A DNA stretch of 64,000 nucleotides, from the NCBI RefSeq assembly GCF_006345805.1, contig NC_043011.1, positions 46,884,464-46,948,463 on the forward strand, in the 5' to 3' direction. Shown one piece after another: positions 63,021 through 64,000 of the stretch. The DNA is from Octopus sinensis (lineage: Eukaryota). Within the stretch, counting starts at the first letter, position 1. Every line of letters starts with the position of its first letter. The translations under genes were made by a program, and so were the position numbers. The notes under the pieces were generated by a model. The model saw only the letters and a program-made list of their open reading frames with translations. It did not search any database and was not told the DNA's origin.

Positions 63021-64000
63021 GTTTCTTATTTCTTATTTCTTTATTGCCCACAAGGGGCTTAAACATAGAGGGGACAAACAAGGACAGACAAAGGGATTCA
63101 GTCGATTACATCGAACCCAGTGCGTAACTGGTACTTAAATTATCAAGCCTGAAAGGACGAAAAGCAAAGTTGACCTCGGCAGAATTTGAACTCAGAACGT
63201 AAAGACAGACGAAACACCGCTAAGCATTTCGCCCGGAGTGCTAACGTTTCTGCCAGCTCGCAGTTGTTTACTTTCTGGCCCTACTTATAGCATATTTATA
63301 GATTAATGCTGATCATTTTCTGTCATGTCTCAGATAGATCTGATTATTAGCTGACACCATCATGAAGATCACCACACAGTCTTCTTTTGGCTGGGAGAGG
63401 CAGACAGTTTTCTTCTGTCTCGTTGTTATGCCGAAGAGTTTGTGTGGTGTGCATGACTCAAAAGTACTGAGAACAGATACTTTCCTCCTCAGCCAAAACC
63501 TGTTTGATCTTTCTTTTCTGGTTCCACTTGGAAAAGAAAGAGCGGGAGGTTTTACCCTCCAATAAATTTATTGAAAGATGAGTGAGAATGGAAAAATAGC
63601 CAATGGGAACAGACCTACTCTCAGTATCTGCCTCATCAAGTCCCTTGCTACCCCAATAGCAACCATAGGACAGACCTGTCAATACTTTCTCACATTACTC
63701 ATATCACCTCATCCACAAAGTCAACACACTTGACACTACATTAAGTTTTTCCTCCCCAGCATGGAGTGGTTGGCATTAGGAAGGGCATCCAGCCGTAGAA
63801 ACATTGCCAGATCAGACTGGGCCTGGTGCAGCCTTCTGGCTTCCCAGACCCCAGTTGCACCGTCCAACCCATGCCAGCATGGAAAGCAGACGCTAAACGA
63901 TGATGATGATGATGATGAATGCCTAATGCCTGCTTTCTGGAATTCCCTCCTTAATGTGGGTGATGAGAGGAGGAGGGATATAAAAAAGTATATCCTCTAG

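Noticed and set aside
63458-63682. 74-aa minus-strand ORF with LLEGKTSRSFFSK
   Set aside because: At most a weak L1/Tx1 ORF2-like remnant; not supportable as a gene.

Overview
AT-rich, repeat-saturated eukaryotic DNA. The SINE, LINE and MITE families and the (TA)n/(CA)n/(TAA)n microsatellites match what I recognise from Octopus genomes; this is pattern recognition, not a database hit. There is no complete gene, and almost every ORF in the supplied track is microsatellite or SINE noise. Contents: (1) dozens of copies of two tRNA-headed SINE families (A and C) and of an RTE-LINE 3' UTR family (B); (2) a TIR-complete mariner carrying an internal 8 x 88-bp array, several Tc1/mariner, piggyBac-type and Helitron-like non-autonomous elements, a young 5'-truncated R4/Dong LINE in a TAA tract, and decayed RTE, CR1, hAT and Penelope fragments; (3) a few small, phase-compatible plus-strand exon candidates, including a duplicated 105-nt exon and an LRR-like exon, and a possible promoter near 46 kb; (4) most notably, eight type I hammerhead-ribozyme (HHR) motifs from several unrelated Penelope/retrozyme-like families, four with intact cores. 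One sits in a 593-bp monomer with an exact 90-bp terminal redundancy, as expected from reverse transcription around a circular RNA. Two further motif pairs look like non-canonical HHR-type modules. Coordinates were counted by hand, and repeat boundaries are approximate.
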